The notes under the pieces are model-generated. The model was not told where the DNA came from. It saw only the letters and a list, made by a program, of their open reading frames with translations, and searched no databases. Shown in pieces: positions 40,430 to 50,937 of a stretch of DNA of 64,000 nt. The first letter of the stretch is position 1. Every line of letters starts with the position of its first letter. A program made the translations under genes and the position numbers. The DNA comes from a virus. The DNA is taken from the IMG/VR virus record IMGVR_UViG_3300020057_000035, positions 32,001 through 96,000 of that record; one strand, written 5' to 3'.

Positions 40430-41329
40430 CTAATCCTTCGATATAAGCGGTATTTTAATGCACTTTACTGCTGGTCGTATGCCGCAAAGTGGCAGTTGGG
40501 TAGGTGTTGAAATAGGAGTCAGTGATCCCACTGGAATTAATGTTTCTGGTGTCCTAGTAGGTGTGAAAGAAAAAGTAGGTGTTCTAGTAGGGGTAGAGGT
40601 GCTAAGTGCTATTGTGGATGTTCCTACTGTGCCTGGAGGCGTATTTGCGGGAGTTCCCGAGCATACATAAACAGCACACACACCAGCAATATCATCAGAA
40701 TGTGGCACTGTCATAATACCATGATATGAAGCAAACATTACTGCATTTGTATCTAAAGAATGTCCAAGTCCTGCGCAATGCCCTATTTCGTGCCATAGAA
40801 CTGTTTTAAGATCTATTCCACCTGATCCCCAATTAGCATTAGAGGATATCTCTATATCACATTCATCTGCTCCTGTCCACCAACAAGCAGTAGCTAATAC
40901 AGTACCAGATATAGGATACCAATTTATAGTATTTTCTCCGTTAGAAGCAGCACCTCTACATAAATTAGCATTATCTGAAATAGAAGACAATCCTCCATAT
41001 TGTAAAGATAGGTTTGGTGTTATTCCATTCCAGCTAGTAGTTACTGCGTTTGATACAACAGCTTCGTCATTTACTATAGTTAGAGATTTTCCTTCTGGAT
41101 TATATCTAGTTACTATAGGCATTTTACTTCTCACAAAACCAGTTAACACATAATTTTCTATGTTTATTTCTTCTTTTTCTAAAGAATAAACATCTATATT
41201 AAAAGTAGATCCATCTGCAAATGTTTTAGAGAATGTGTTAAAGTGTGCTTCTGCTTTAGTCATATTACTAAAAGTAATAAACACACCAAAAAACATAAAC
41301 AAACTTAATAATAAATAAATATATCTCAT
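40430..41329 (-). CDS. Secreted matrixin (M10) metalloprotease with Pro/Thr-rich tail
   Basis: Signal peptide, HEIGHCAGLGH, Met-turn AVMF, TPTRTP repeats. Confidence 0.9.
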   Translation of the reverse strand: MRYIYLLLSLFMFFGVFITFSNMTKAEAHFNTFSKTFADGSTFNIDVYSLEKEEINIENYVLTGFVRSKMPIVTRYNPEGKSLTIVNDEAVVSNAVTTSWNGITPNLSLQYGGLSSISDNANLCRGAASNGENTINWYPISGTVLATACWWTGADECDIEISSNANWGSGGIDLKTVLWHEIGHCAGLGHSLDTNAVMFASYHGIMTVPHSDDIAGVCAVYVCSGTPANTPPGTVGTSTIALSTSTPTRTPTFSFTPTRTPETLIPVGSLTPISTPTQLPLCGIRPAVKCIKIPLISKD

Positions 41330-41354
41330 ATTATTATTCTATCATGTTGTTTTT

Positions 41355-41578
41355 GTCAATTACTCACTAATTAATTCTACCTCTTACGTCTACTGTATAT
41401 TACTTTAATGCCCAACCACCACCAACTAATGTTGTTATTGCTAAAATAACTCATTGCTTTGCGCGTTCCAAACACCCATGCTCAATAAGAAATTATTATG
41501 TGTGGCAGGCGATTGTCAATTCGCCAATAGTGGGAAAAACTTCTCACAAGCTCACTAATTTATTAGTGAGTAATTGAC
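41355..41578 (+). mobile_element. Non-autonomous IS200/IS605-derived miniature element with tnpB 3' remnant
   Basis: Inverted ends GTCAATTACTCACTAA...TTAGTGAGTAATTGAC; internal QAIVNSPIVG-coding hairpin like TnpB C-termini. Confidence 0.6.
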
Positions 41579-41579
41579 A

Positions 41580-42023
41580 TTAGTGTTCTCCAAAAGCTAA
41601 TCTGAAATTATTTGGTTTGTATACAGATTCTCTCTGCATCATTCTCTCCTCTAATTCTGGATTGTGTTTTCTTATCAAAGATAAATACTCTTTGTAAAAT
41701 ACAGAATTGTGTTTTTCTTGTATTCCTACTTTGTAATGAGCTAGTTCATGCAAACAAACTATCATTGCATCAATATGATCTTTTCCTATTCTTATAATTA
41801 TATGTCCATCTCCGAAAGTTGTTCCACTAGAAAAAAACCCGCGTTCTTCTAATTTTCTAGTTTTAGTTATTGGTCTTATTTTTAGCTCTCTGTTTCCCTC
41901 TGATTTCCATTCTATTACAGGAGCAAAGGACTCATTATCAAATTCTTTTTCCAACAATATATACATAAATTTTTTAATTTTGTAATCGTGAAGCTTACTT
42001 ACTAATATTTCTTTACTTATCAT
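41580..42023 (-). CDS. HExxH zinc metalloprotease-like protein (SprT-like)
   Basis: CLHELAH...HNSVF. Confidence 0.7.
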   Translation of the reverse strand: MISKEILVSKLHDYKIKKFMYILLEKEFDNESFAPVIEWKSEGNRELKIRPITKTRKLEERGFFSSGTTFGDGHIIIRIGKDHIDAMIVCLHELAHYKVGIQEKHNSVFYKEYLSLIRKHNPELEERMMQRESVYKPNNFRLAFGEH

Positions 42024-42382
42024 TAAAATCCATAATTTGGATTAATGTATATTATTTTTTTAGATCGTATATTCATGTCTATTAACGTATTCCAATATTT
42101 AATTTCTTCTGTTACACCAACACTATAATTCCATCCATCTAGTTTAAGTATCCACAACTCATCTGCTAAATTAAGCATATGAAAATCGTGCTTTTCCCAT
42201 AGCTTAAATCCATGTACATCTGGTTCTTTAATAAATGGAACTAGACCATGTGAGTGAGAAATAGGGGAATAAATGAAATACCCTTTACTAACATAATAAG
42301 CAGCAACTTCACATACTGCTTTTATCCTGTAATCTCTAGTTTCTTGTGATTTATGTGAATATGGACTTGCCAAATAAATCAA
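42023..42382 (-). CDS. DUF1937-like protein (nucleoside deoxyribosyltransferase-like fold)
   Basis: IYLASPYSH, YSPISHSH, GW-YSVGV-EE. Confidence 0.8.
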   Translation of the reverse strand: MIYLASPYSHKSQETRDYRIKAVCEVAAYYVSKGYFIYSPISHSHGLVPFIKEPDVHGFKLWEKHDFHMLNLADELWILKLDGWNYSVGVTEEIKYWNTLIDMNIRSKKIIYINPNYGF

Positions 42383-43888
42383 GTATTTTTTACAGCTAAC
42401 TGTAGTGCATTCTCAACGCGATCCCAACCTACACCATAGAGATCTCCATAAGTCTTTCGAATGTATCTCCATTCTGATAAAGTATCAGCGAGCATCGTTA
42501 TCAACTCTTCGTGGGTATTGAGGATACGAAACATCTCCCTCAGTATGTCATCACAAAAGTCTCCATCATCGCGAACAACCTCACATAGTAAAGTGTTTCC
42601 TTGTACTATGTATTGAACACCAAATGTAGTAGACTTATAAAGCTTCCATACTGTATCATTTTGTTCACTCACTTGGTATTTATCACCTTTAATAGCTGAG
42701 AGTAAAGATACTCTTGTCTTGAAATTAATTGTTGAAAATCTAAAACTCTACCTTGATTAGTATATCCATACTTTAGAATGGCTTTAAGGCAATTAGGTAA
42801 ATCGCTGTAATATCCAATAAAGGACTCTACAGTACCCTCAAGAGCCTCTTTTGTTTTTAGATTTCTTCTTTGTCTATCGTTTTTTCTGTTTACTTGCCAA
42901 CCTGTTCCCTCTACTGAACATTCAAATATTACCCACTCATCAATTTCTAATCTAGTTGCATCTCTTGTTGTTTTCATAAGTTTATGTTACTCTCTCTTAT
43001 TCTGTTTGTCAAGCGGCTCAAAGAATCTTCCATCTTGGCCGCAATATCCTAGTCTATTTTGTCGTTGTATTTTTGCAAAATTATAAATTTCTGTAATTTC
43101 TCCTGTTGATTTATCTATCTCTTCTTTAATCGCAGAAATATGAGTACAAAAACTCCATCTGTCTCTGTTTCTAGGCTCTATTTTATAATGTTTACATTCT
43201 ATACAGATTTTTACCAATCTTTTATATTCTCCGGTTCTAAATCAATCATTTATTCTATCATTTATTCTATTCACTGCTTCTAAGTATTCACTTACTATTC
43301 GCGCCCAATAAAAGTATCTTTTTTTAACATATAATATTGCTATATTAAAATATTCTGTATTATGTAATCTAACAATATATGCTGCTATTTCCACATCATT
43401 AGGATTGTATTTATTTTTACTATTCCATCCCATTTTTTTAACCCAATTAAACACTACTACATCAGATTTATTTAATAGAAACTCATATACTTCTGATTGT
43501 TTTATTTTTTCTATTGCATCATTGGCGTGTCTACAATTTAATACTAGCTTATTAAGTTTCTTAACATCTGTTCTCGGGGCTAGTACTATAGCACTCATAT
43601 TATTTAATCCTCTGGGAGGATATAATTATTATCGTTTGCTTTAAGTTGCGCTAGCATTTCTGCTATCTTAGGGTTTTTGTGCTTCATAAGAGGACTATTA
43701 TGGTTAGTCTTAGAGTACCACGCTTGAAAACCTCCAGTTACTGTAGTAGATATATGGAAGGCAATATACCCTTTATCTAATAACTGTTTAGGTATATACC
43801 AAAATATGTCATTGTTTTCTAATGAATCAAAAGCGGTAAGAGGGAGAAATTTCTCTAAATCTTCGTATAGTTTTTCAATATTAATCAT
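42379..43888 (-). CDS. Five small hypothetical genes (42379-42672, 42669-42977, 42987-43217, 43242-43598, 43604-43888)
   Basis: Tightly packed co-directional ORFs. Confidence 0.55.
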
Positions 43889-44004
43889 AAATATATATTC
43901 TTAATTCTAAACCATGTTTGTTTAGTTTCCCACACTCAGGACAAAGTTGTGTTGAAGGAAAACTTCTTGAAACGAGTATTGTCTCTGATTTCTTTTGTAA
44001 ATCA

Positions 44005-44862
44005 TTAAAATTCCTTACCGCTTTGATTTACGTCAAACACAAATAAACCCATCCTTCTCCACATTCTCACAACTCTTGGTCGATCATCAATTACAAACAA
44101 AACATTCCAAAAATCTTTAATATAGTTATTAAAAATTTCTCTTTTTACAATATCATCTGCTCTATGATCTCCTTCTTTTCTCATAAACAAAGCTAAATAT
44201 TCTACATTGTGTTTCTTGAGCCATTGTTCTGTCTCTTCTCTGAATTCAGAAGTTCTACCAGACAAAAGTATTATTTCATATGGTAAAGCAGAAATAATAT
44301 TGTATACAGGCAAATTTAATTCATCATTTATGAAATCTCTCTTGTAGGGATTTTTATCTCCACCAAAAATCGAGAGTGTGCCGTCGATGTCCACAGTTAC
44401 GGCTTTTTCTAGTTCTGTGTTTGGTACATATTGTTTTAGTTCTTGAACCTGATCTCCATATCGTTTATCATAATCTCTAATTACTTTTTCCCCTACTGAT
44501 TTATCTCTTAACGAATCGCGTCTGATTGCTTCTTCTACTTCAATAGGTACTTGAATAATTTGCATTCCAATATTAGGGTCAATCAATTGTGCAAGCGCAG
44601 AAATATGAATAATAGCGTTACCAAAATTAGTATTATCTACTACTACTGTTTGATTATTCTCAATACCAATTCTGATAATCTCATCTTGAATAAGATTTAC
44701 AATACGTTCATTTGGTTTACTGTGTCTGGAGTCATGAAGCATGGATCTTATGTCGTCTTTTGAAACCCTGAGTGATGTGTCTGGTAATTTACTTACTATT
44801 TCTCTTGCTTTAGTACTTTTTCCTGCGGCAATTCCCCCTTGCATTACAATTATAGTAGACAT
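44005..44862 (-). CDS. pseT: Polynucleotide 5'-kinase/3'-phosphatase (T4 PseT-like)
   Basis: GGIAAGKST P-loop, VVVDNTN, HAD DIDGT, LSGR, IDDRP. Confidence 0.93.
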   Translation of the reverse strand: MSTIIVMQGGIAAGKSTKAREIVSKLPDTSLRVSKDDIRSMLHDSRHSKPNERIVNLIQDEIIRIGIENNQTVVVDNTNFGNAIIHISALAQLIDPNIGMQIIQVPIEVEEAIRRDSLRDKSVGEKVIRDYDKRYGDQVQELKQYVPNTELEKAVTVDIDGTLSIFGGDKNPYKRDFINDELNLPVYNIISALPYEIILLSGRTSEFREETEQWLKKHNVEYLALFMRKEGDHRADDIVKREIFNNYIKDFWNVLFVIDDRPRVVRMWRRMGLFVFDVNQSGKEF

Positions 44863-44985
44863 TTCTTATATTCCTCATATTTTTTTAAATCTTTATCTAA
44901 AAATTTCATTGTTTTATTCTCTAGTAGTTCGTCTTATTTGTCCTATCCCCGGAAGGTATTCCATTTAGATATATTATTGTTTCCA

Positions 44986-45840
44986 CTATAATTGATCAAC
45001 TAACATTAAAAGATCCCCCACCTTTAAAAGATCTGCTCTCCTATAACAATTCAATTCAGGAACCCAGACCTTGTGATTACCAGTTAAGGTTATATTTGTT
45101 CCGTTCTCTAATTCAATTTCATACCAATCATTTGATTTTGAACCTATTGAATGCCCAACAACATCATCCCAGAACACTTCTTCTTTTTCAGTGTCAAAAG
45201 ACTTTATTTTACCAGTATATTTAATATCACAAACTTCTTTTATAGTCTTTGGTCCATCCTCTGTATCTATTACAGCACAGTCCGAAAGACAGCCATCAAC
45301 TTTCTCTGTGACGTAGATAGGAACGCCAGAATGCCTCTGTAGCACAGTAGGAACACTCTGTATTCGTGTTTCGTCTGTTTTCGATATGAAACTAGGGAAA
45401 GATCCTCGCACGAGTCCAGAGAGCGATCCAATTAAAGGTATCTCATATTTATGAATCCCCATTAACTCGGTTACATCCGTTCCTTCTTCAAGAATATCTT
45501 GTGTAAATCCATAATTAGACATGAAACTTGATAAATCAGAAATAGGTAAACATAAGCCTTGTGACACAGATCCGCGCAAGCGAACCGTACGTAATCTGTA
45601 TCCTTCTTTTGTTTCTCCATTTACATTCATAGTTTTTCTTCCGTCTTTTTCCATGAATTCAAATAGGGTGTGTATAGGTAAAAAAGCATCAGGTTCAATA
45701 AATACAACTGTATCATTTACATTAAATTTGCCTTTTTGTACGCACAAATTCCAGCCCAAAACAACCGCTATTTCTAGCAGATCAGCGTTGGGGTGTTTTT
45801 TTATTTCTTTAATTTTCTGGATGCTTGCGATTTTTCTCAA
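44986..45840 (-). CDS. N-terminal half of a DRB0094-family RNA ligase fused to split-intein N fragment (101 aa)
   Basis: MRKIASIQKI...HPNAD...RLRGSVSQGL...FPSFISKTDETRIQ...TEKVDG|CLSD...TGNH...DLLKVGD. Confidence 0.93.
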   Translation of the reverse strand: MRKIASIQKIKEIKKHPNADLLEIAVVLGWNLCVQKGKFNVNDTVVFIEPDAFLPIHTLFEFMEKDGRKTMNVNGETKEGYRLRTVRLRGSVSQGLCLPISDLSSFMSNYGFTQDILEEGTDVTELMGIHKYEIPLIGSLSGLVRGSFPSFISKTDETRIQSVPTVLQRHSGVPIYVTEKVDGCLSDCAVIDTEDGPKTIKEVCDIKYTGKIKSFDTEKEEVFWDDVVGHSIGSKSNDWYEIELENGTNITLTGNHKVWVPELNCYRRADLLKVGDLLMLVDQL

Positions 45841-46067
45841 AATTAAGATGCTCCTTGTTTGTATCTTAACTGAAACTTAGTATTTTGTCAAGCGGTCGGT
45901 GACATTTATTTTCCCAACACGCCATCGTAACTTTCTTTCCTTTTTCCCCCTGCGTTATGTGCCAATGATCAAATGATAAATAAGTATGATAATCTTCTTT
46001 TTCATCTTTACACATGTTGCAATATCTTTTTGAACCATCTACTTTAGGATAATGGAAATGTCTCATT

Positions 46068-46439
46068 CTAACTCTGCTTTTTGAAAACCCTTACATCTCC
46101 TACTTGAACATATTGAACTAGTCTTTTTTTACACCTACTACATATTTCTATTTTTTCTGTCCACAAACATGCCCACCCAGGATTCCCAGGAAATGCTTCA
46201 TTGCAATTAGTTGTTACATCTACTCCATTTATTTCAACATATAATTCTGTACTTTGTATATCTACTCCGTCTACTTCTATATATAATCCAGACATACCAT
46301 GAGTTTTATCTATTCTAATAGGAAAATCAAATCTATTACATTTTAAACACAATAACTGATTATTCATCCATGATCGATCTACTAATTTAGCTTTTTCTGG
46401 ATCTGCATTAATTGTTTTAAATCTATTGTTTCTATTCAT
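46068..46439 (-). CDS. Hypothetical protein
   Basis: AGGAG RBS, CxxC pairs. Confidence 0.5.
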   Translation of the reverse strand: MNRNNRFKTINADPEKAKLVDRSWMNNQLLCLKCNRFDFPIRIDKTHGMSGLYIEVDGVDIQSTELYVEINGVDVTTNCNEAFPGNPGWACLWTEKIEICSRCKKRLVQYVQVGDVRVFKKQS

Positions 46440-46491
46440 TTGGTACTAATATTGCTCCTTCTACTTAAACTGCATATTAACATTTATTGCC

Positions 46492-48981
46492 TTAGCCAAC
46501 AGATCCATCCATTTGTAGCTCTATTAATCTATTTAGTTCTACAGCATATTCCATTGGTAGTTGTTTTACGATTGGTTCTATAAAGCCATTAACAATCATT
46601 TTTGCGGCGGAATCTTCACTCATACCTCTACTCATAAGATAAAATAATTGATCTTCACCAAGTTTCGAGACATACGCTTCGTGCTGAATATGTACATCTG
46701 ATGAATCTATTTCCATCGTCGGATACGTGTCCGAGCGAGAAGTTTCACCTACGAGAAGCGCATCACATCTTACATTCGATTTAATGTTTTCACAATTATC
46801 ATATACTTTAAGTAATCCACGATAACTCGTTCTTCCACCATCAATACTTACTGATTTTGAAACAACTGTTGAAGTAGTATTAGATGCGCTATGAATTACT
46901 TTTCCACCAGCGTCTAAATGTTGTCCTTTTCCAGCAACAGCAAGAGAAAGTATTTCTCCGTGTGCTCTTTCTCCCATTAAATAAATGCTGGGATACTTTA
47001 GAGTTAAGCAACTTCCTCCGTTGAAATCTGTCCATTCCATAACTGAATCTTCATATGCAACTGCGCGTTTAGTAACAAGATTATATACATTATTAGACCA
47101 ATTTTGAATTGTTGTATACCTTACTCTTGCGCCTTTTTTAACTATTATTTCTACTACAGCACTGTGTAATGATTCAGAACTATACACGGGGCTGGAACAG
47201 TTGTGAACAACAAAACCAGAAGCTAAATAACTATTAGGAAAATCAACATTTAAATTATAAACAGGCTCTGAAATATCTCTAGTAGATATTTTTTTAATAG
47301 GAACTAGAAAATATTCTCCAGCGTCCCGTACTTCTCGTGAACCATTACCCCCTTCTGTCCATTGAACTTGATACAATGCGTGACGCATTATATGCCTACC
47401 TAAAATTTCTCCTGACCCAGCTACTCGTGACATACTAATAGTAGAATAAATATCTAATGTAGCCATAATTGATTGAAGCTGAAGTGCCCACGTTCGAGAG
47501 GTAGTGTGTGCTCTTTTCCAATCTACATTTTTTCTTTTGATAACATTACCATCACCATACATATATGTTTCTACCAAATTTTTAAGAAATTCTTTATTTT
47601 GTCCCATTAAGACAGAAGATAGTTTTTTGCTATATGATCTAGTTCCAATATGATTTTTCATTGCATCATATCCTTCGTTTGTATAAACAAGAACTCTTCC
47701 CTCATGTTTTTTCTTGTCATAATAAACTGATCCGCTAGATCCATATAAATATTTACAAATACTTTGAACTTCTTCAATATATTGTGTTTCATTAATATGA
47801 AAGGAGAAACTCAAAGCTTTGTATTTATTACATAATTGCGCAGATCCTTCAGCAAGATAATATCCAGCTAATCTAGCAAACTCTATAGGCATGTTAATAT
47901 TTGACTTAATGTGTTTTGGTTTAGGGAACACTAAAAAGTCTCCATCAAGTACATCTTTTGCTTTAACCCATTCAGGAATAGAATTTATTAGTGATGGGCT
48001 ATTAACTTCAGGTTTATTTTGCTTACGTTGTTTACGTTTTATTAACACTTTAAGTCTTGGAACAATCAACAAGGGGTGTTCTCCCGTAACTGAAAAAGCA
48101 CTATTTGGTGATATTGGTTTAAATGTAAATAGTGTTCCAGAAAAATCTCGTACTTGTGTAGCATTAACTCGGACAGGGCTACCGTTTTGATCTAATACAT
48201 GATCTCCGACTTTTACATCTTCAATTCCAGACCAACTACCGTCCGCCATGGATATTGATTCTCCCGCTATAAGACACCCTTCAAGGTAGTGGACTTGACT
48301 ATCTTCATCAGCAATAATCAATGTTCTTTCGAATTGTCCCATTACTTCTGTATTGATTCTAAAATATGCCTGTAAAGGAATATCCACTTTTACACCTTTT
48401 GGTATATAAATAAAACTGCCCCCTGACCAACAGGCGCTATTAAGTGCGGCGTATTTATTATCTCCGGGAGGTATTATTGTACTAAAATATTCTCTAAGTA
48501 AATCTGGATATTCTATTAGTGCTTGATCTGTACTTAAAAATATAACACCAAGTTTTTCAAGATCTTCCCTTAATTTATGATAAATAACAGTAGAATCCAT
48601 TTGCGCTCCAACGCCAGCCAAATACTTCTTTTCTGCTTCTGGTACCCCTAATTTATCAAAAGTTGTTTTGATATATTCTGGTACATCTTCCCAAGAACTT
48701 TCGTCTTTATCAGAAGCTGTTACATAATACCTTATGTTATCAAAGTCGATATTTTCTAGTTGATTTGTGCTTGTCCACGTTGGATTTTTTTGTTTATAAA
48801 ATAAATCAAGTGATTTAAGTCTAAATTTTCTCATCCACTCCGGTTCATTTTTCATATCAGATATTGTATTAATAATATCAGAACTTAAACCCTTATTAGA
48901 TTTAAATACAGGAGGGGTGTCATCGTGGAAACCATACTTGGTTTCGTAATTTTCTTCTTTTACTAATGTAGCACTGTTCAT
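46492..48981 (-). CDS. sufB: Fe-S cluster scaffold SufB with intein
   Basis: YAALNSACWSGGSFIY, PLQAYFRIN, GQFERTLII, RYTTIQNWS, LPMEYAVELNRLI. Confidence 0.96.
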   Translation of the reverse strand: MNSATLVKEENYETKYGFHDDTPPVFKSNKGLSSDIINTISDMKNEPEWMRKFRLKSLDLFYKQKNPTWTSTNQLENIDFDNIRYYVTASDKDESSWEDVPEYIKTTFDKLGVPEAEKKYLAGVGAQMDSTVIYHKLREDLEKLGVIFLSTDQALIEYPDLLREYFSTIIPPGDNKYAALNSACWSGGSFIYIPKGVKVDIPLQAYFRINTEVMGQFERTLIIADEDSQVHYLEGCLIAGESISMADGSWSGIEDVKVGDHVLDQNGSPVRVNATQVRDFSGTLFTFKPISPNSAFSVTGEHPLLIVPRLKVLIKRKQRKQNKPEVNSPSLINSIPEWVKAKDVLDGDFLVFPKPKHIKSNINMPIEFARLAGYYLAEGSAQLCNKYKALSFSFHINETQYIEEVQSICKYLYGSSGSVYYDKKKHEGRVLVYTNEGYDAMKNHIGTRSYSKKLSSVLMGQNKEFLKNLVETYMYGDGNVIKRKNVDWKRAHTTSRTWALQLQSIMATLDIYSTISMSRVAGSGEILGRHIMRHALYQVQWTEGGNGSREVRDAGEYFLVPIKKISTRDISEPVYNLNVDFPNSYLASGFVVHNCSSPVYSSESLHSAVVEIIVKKGARVRYTTIQNWSNNVYNLVTKRAVAYEDSVMEWTDFNGGSCLTLKYPSIYLMGERAHGEILSLAVAGKGQHLDAGGKVIHSASNTTSTVVSKSVSIDGGRTSYRGLLKVYDNCENIKSNVRCDALLVGETSRSDTYPTMEIDSSDVHIQHEAYVSKLGEDQLFYLMSRGMSEDSAAKMIVNGFIEPIVKQLPMEYAVELNRLIELQMDGSVG
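47200..48276 (-). mobile_element. SufB intein (LAGLIDADG), 359 aa
   Basis: YLEG|CLIAGE...TGEH...LAGYYLAEG...YGDG...VVHN|CSSP. Confidence 0.93.
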
Positions 48982-48985
48982 TTCA

Positions 48986-49351
48986 CTAACCTACTATTTC
49001 TCTAAGTCTGTCTAAAGCTTTTGGATCTATTAGTAGTCCATTAACTTTTATATTCATATCATCTACTATAATGTCATCTTTTGTTGGGTATGTCAAGTTT
49101 TTATCTAAAACTAAAATACCAGAAAGATGATTTAATATTCTTCTTTTCCACATATCTGCATAGTCTATACCACCACCAGACCAAACAACAATTAAACCTA
49201 GATTTTTATTATGCCATTTTTCTACTAAGTCTACAAGTTCTGTATTTACTGTGTAATGATCACCTTTCCACACTGTAGTCCCTTCAGGAATGTGATTGGG
49301 TGGATCATGCCAAATTATCAACGTATTATCACAATCGCAGTATAGTATCAT
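48986..49351 (-). CDS. HAD-superfamily protein
   Basis: YCDCDNTL, VWSGGG, IVDD. Confidence 0.75.
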   Translation of the reverse strand: MILYCDCDNTLIIWHDPPNHIPEGTTVWKGDHYTVNTELVDLVEKWHNKNLGLIVVWSGGGIDYADMWKRRILNHLSGILVLDKNLTYPTKDDIIVDDMNIKVNGLLIDPKALDRLREIVG

Positions 49352-49414
49352 TTTAAGAAAGGTGAAATCAATTCCTCACCTGTCTACTATATCACACATG
49401 TAGGTGAATGTCAA

Positions 49415-49849
49415 TCACTCCCACCAATCGTACCAATGTTTCTTAAAGCTATTATTTCCGTCTTTCCATTTTTTATAGCCTTGATACATACATGTTTCTG
49501 GGTTAAATATTCCTTCATATGTTGGATATTGTTGAATCCAACAAGAAGCACCAGACGTAGGATTTATTGCACATAAATCTCCGCCGCTCTCATTATGTAT
49601 AATATAAGCAAGTTCATCTAAAGGCCAATCATATTTTTCTGCATATTTCATCCAATTAAATCTATCTGGATGTTCATAGCAAGTATTATATACTGGTTTG
49701 GTTTCTCCTACAGAAGAAGCTATTACTTTTGATTGTTGTATTTCTGTTATCGATGGGAAAAACTCTTCAAAGATATAAACTGTTGAGTTTGATGTTTGAT
49801 TAAACATTGATAAAATCAATAATATAAAAAACAGTAATATGCTAAACAT
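49415..49849 (-). CDS. Membrane-anchored lytic transglycosylase-like protein
   Basis: N-terminal TM; IIHNESGGD...NPTSGASCWIQ. Confidence 0.65.
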   Translation of the reverse strand: MFSILLFFILLILSMFNQTSNSTVYIFEEFFPSITEIQQSKVIASSVGETKPVYNTCYEHPDRFNWMKYAEKYDWPLDELAYIIHNESGGDLCAINPTSGASCWIQQYPTYEGIFNPETCMYQGYKKWKDGNNSFKKHWYDWWE

Positions 49850-49872
49850 AATACGCTCCTTATATGTAATTT

Positions 49873-49958
49873 TGGCTGAAAGTAAGTGATTCGCACACTT
49901 GAGGCTTTAACACCCGCTTGTTTTCAAGACAAGTTCTTCGTCTATCCAGTCACTTTCA
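49873..49958 (-). tRNA. tRNA-Ser(TGA), divergent
   Basis: TGAAAGT/ACTTTCA, CTTGT-CTTGAAA-ACAAG, long variable arm, GCCA. Confidence 0.7.
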
Positions 49959-49962
49959 ATTT

Positions 49963-50036
49963 TGGCTCCCCCACTAGGTCTCGAACCTAGCCCAAATTTT
50001 TAACAGAAATTTATACTGCTACTATACTATGGAGGA
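49963..50036 (-). tRNA. tRNA-Asn(GTT)
   Basis: TCCTCCA/TGGGGGA, AATTT-CTGTTAA-AAATT, CTAGG-TTCGAGA-CCTAG, GCCA. Confidence 0.88.
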
Positions 50037-50118
50037 ACTATATAAAACTAAAATAATTCTTAAACTATTTTAACTGAGCATGTAAACTCAGACCTAAGAA
50101 TTATTAATTTATTAAATT

Positions 50119-50194
50119 TGGCAAGGGTGACAGGAATCGAACCTGTATTATGGGGTCTGGAAGCCCATGTGTTTATCCATTACACTACACCCCC
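50119..50194 (-). tRNA. tRNA-Trp(CCA)
   Basis: GGGGGTG/CACCCTT, loop TTCCAGA, ACAGG-TTCGATT-CCTGT, GCCA. Confidence 0.88.
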
Positions 50195-50222
50195 GCACTA
50201 TATCTATTATACCACAAACTGA

Positions 50223-50807
50223 TCAATCCCAAAGCTGGGGTAGTAAAACTCCTAATTGAACTACACACCATGGCACAAAGTTTTGTCCATAAAGTGCTTC
50301 TGGATCTTTTTTCTTTTGCATTGCTTTATAAGCAACAATAGAACTAAATAACTGCTCTACTCCTTTTAGTTCTTCATGTTTTGCCATAAAGTTCATGTCG
50401 TGTTTACATGCCCATATATATCCAGCAAGGAATTGAGACATAAACTCTAATATTGTTTCTTCATTTTCCCAATATTTCTTTACAGATATTTTTATTTCTT
50501 TATATGGATTATCTTTATGAAAATGCCAACCTCTGGCTAGATTTTCTGCATCTTCTATAGATCTATATTTAGTCCATATGTTTTTAGTATTATATTTAAG
50601 ATTATCATAATCATCTATGATTAATATATCAGACTTAATCCACGATAAAACTTTACTTCTTGCGTCATCTTCTCTTTGATCTTCGTCTCCCTTAGAACAC
50701 GTAATGTAGTTAGAATTTATTAATTCAGTACATAGTTCACTAAAAACTACTGCTTTATCGTCTTTCATATACTCTTTTAGATCAAATTTGCTTTTTATTT
50801 TTTTCAT
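50223..50807 (-). CDS. Hypothetical protein
   Basis: GAGG RBS, 194 aa. Confidence 0.6.
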   Translation of the reverse strand: MKKIKSKFDLKEYMKDDKAVVFSELCTELINSNYITCSKGDEDQREDDARSKVLSWIKSDILIIDDYDNLKYNTKNIWTKYRSIEDAENLARGWHFHKDNPYKEIKISVKKYWENEETILEFMSQFLAGYIWACKHDMNFMAKHEELKGVEQLFSSIVAYKAMQKKKDPEALYGQNFVPWCVVQLGVLLPQLWD

Positions 50808-50828
50808 ATTTGCCTCTTATTTTAATTA

Positions 50829-50902
50829 TGGAGTGTAGTTCAAGAATCGAACTTGATCCAGTTCGGCCACAACGAACCATTCTGCCAATAAACTAACCAC
50901 AC
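50829..50902 (-). tRNA. tRNA-His(GTG), lacking the usual G-1/C73
   Basis: GTGTGGT/ACTACAC, GTTCG-TTGTGGC-CGAAC, TCAAG-TTCGATT-CTTGA, TCCA. Confidence 0.85.
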
Positions 50903-50937
50903 AAAATCTCGTGCTACCCCCACAACGATACTAGTTA

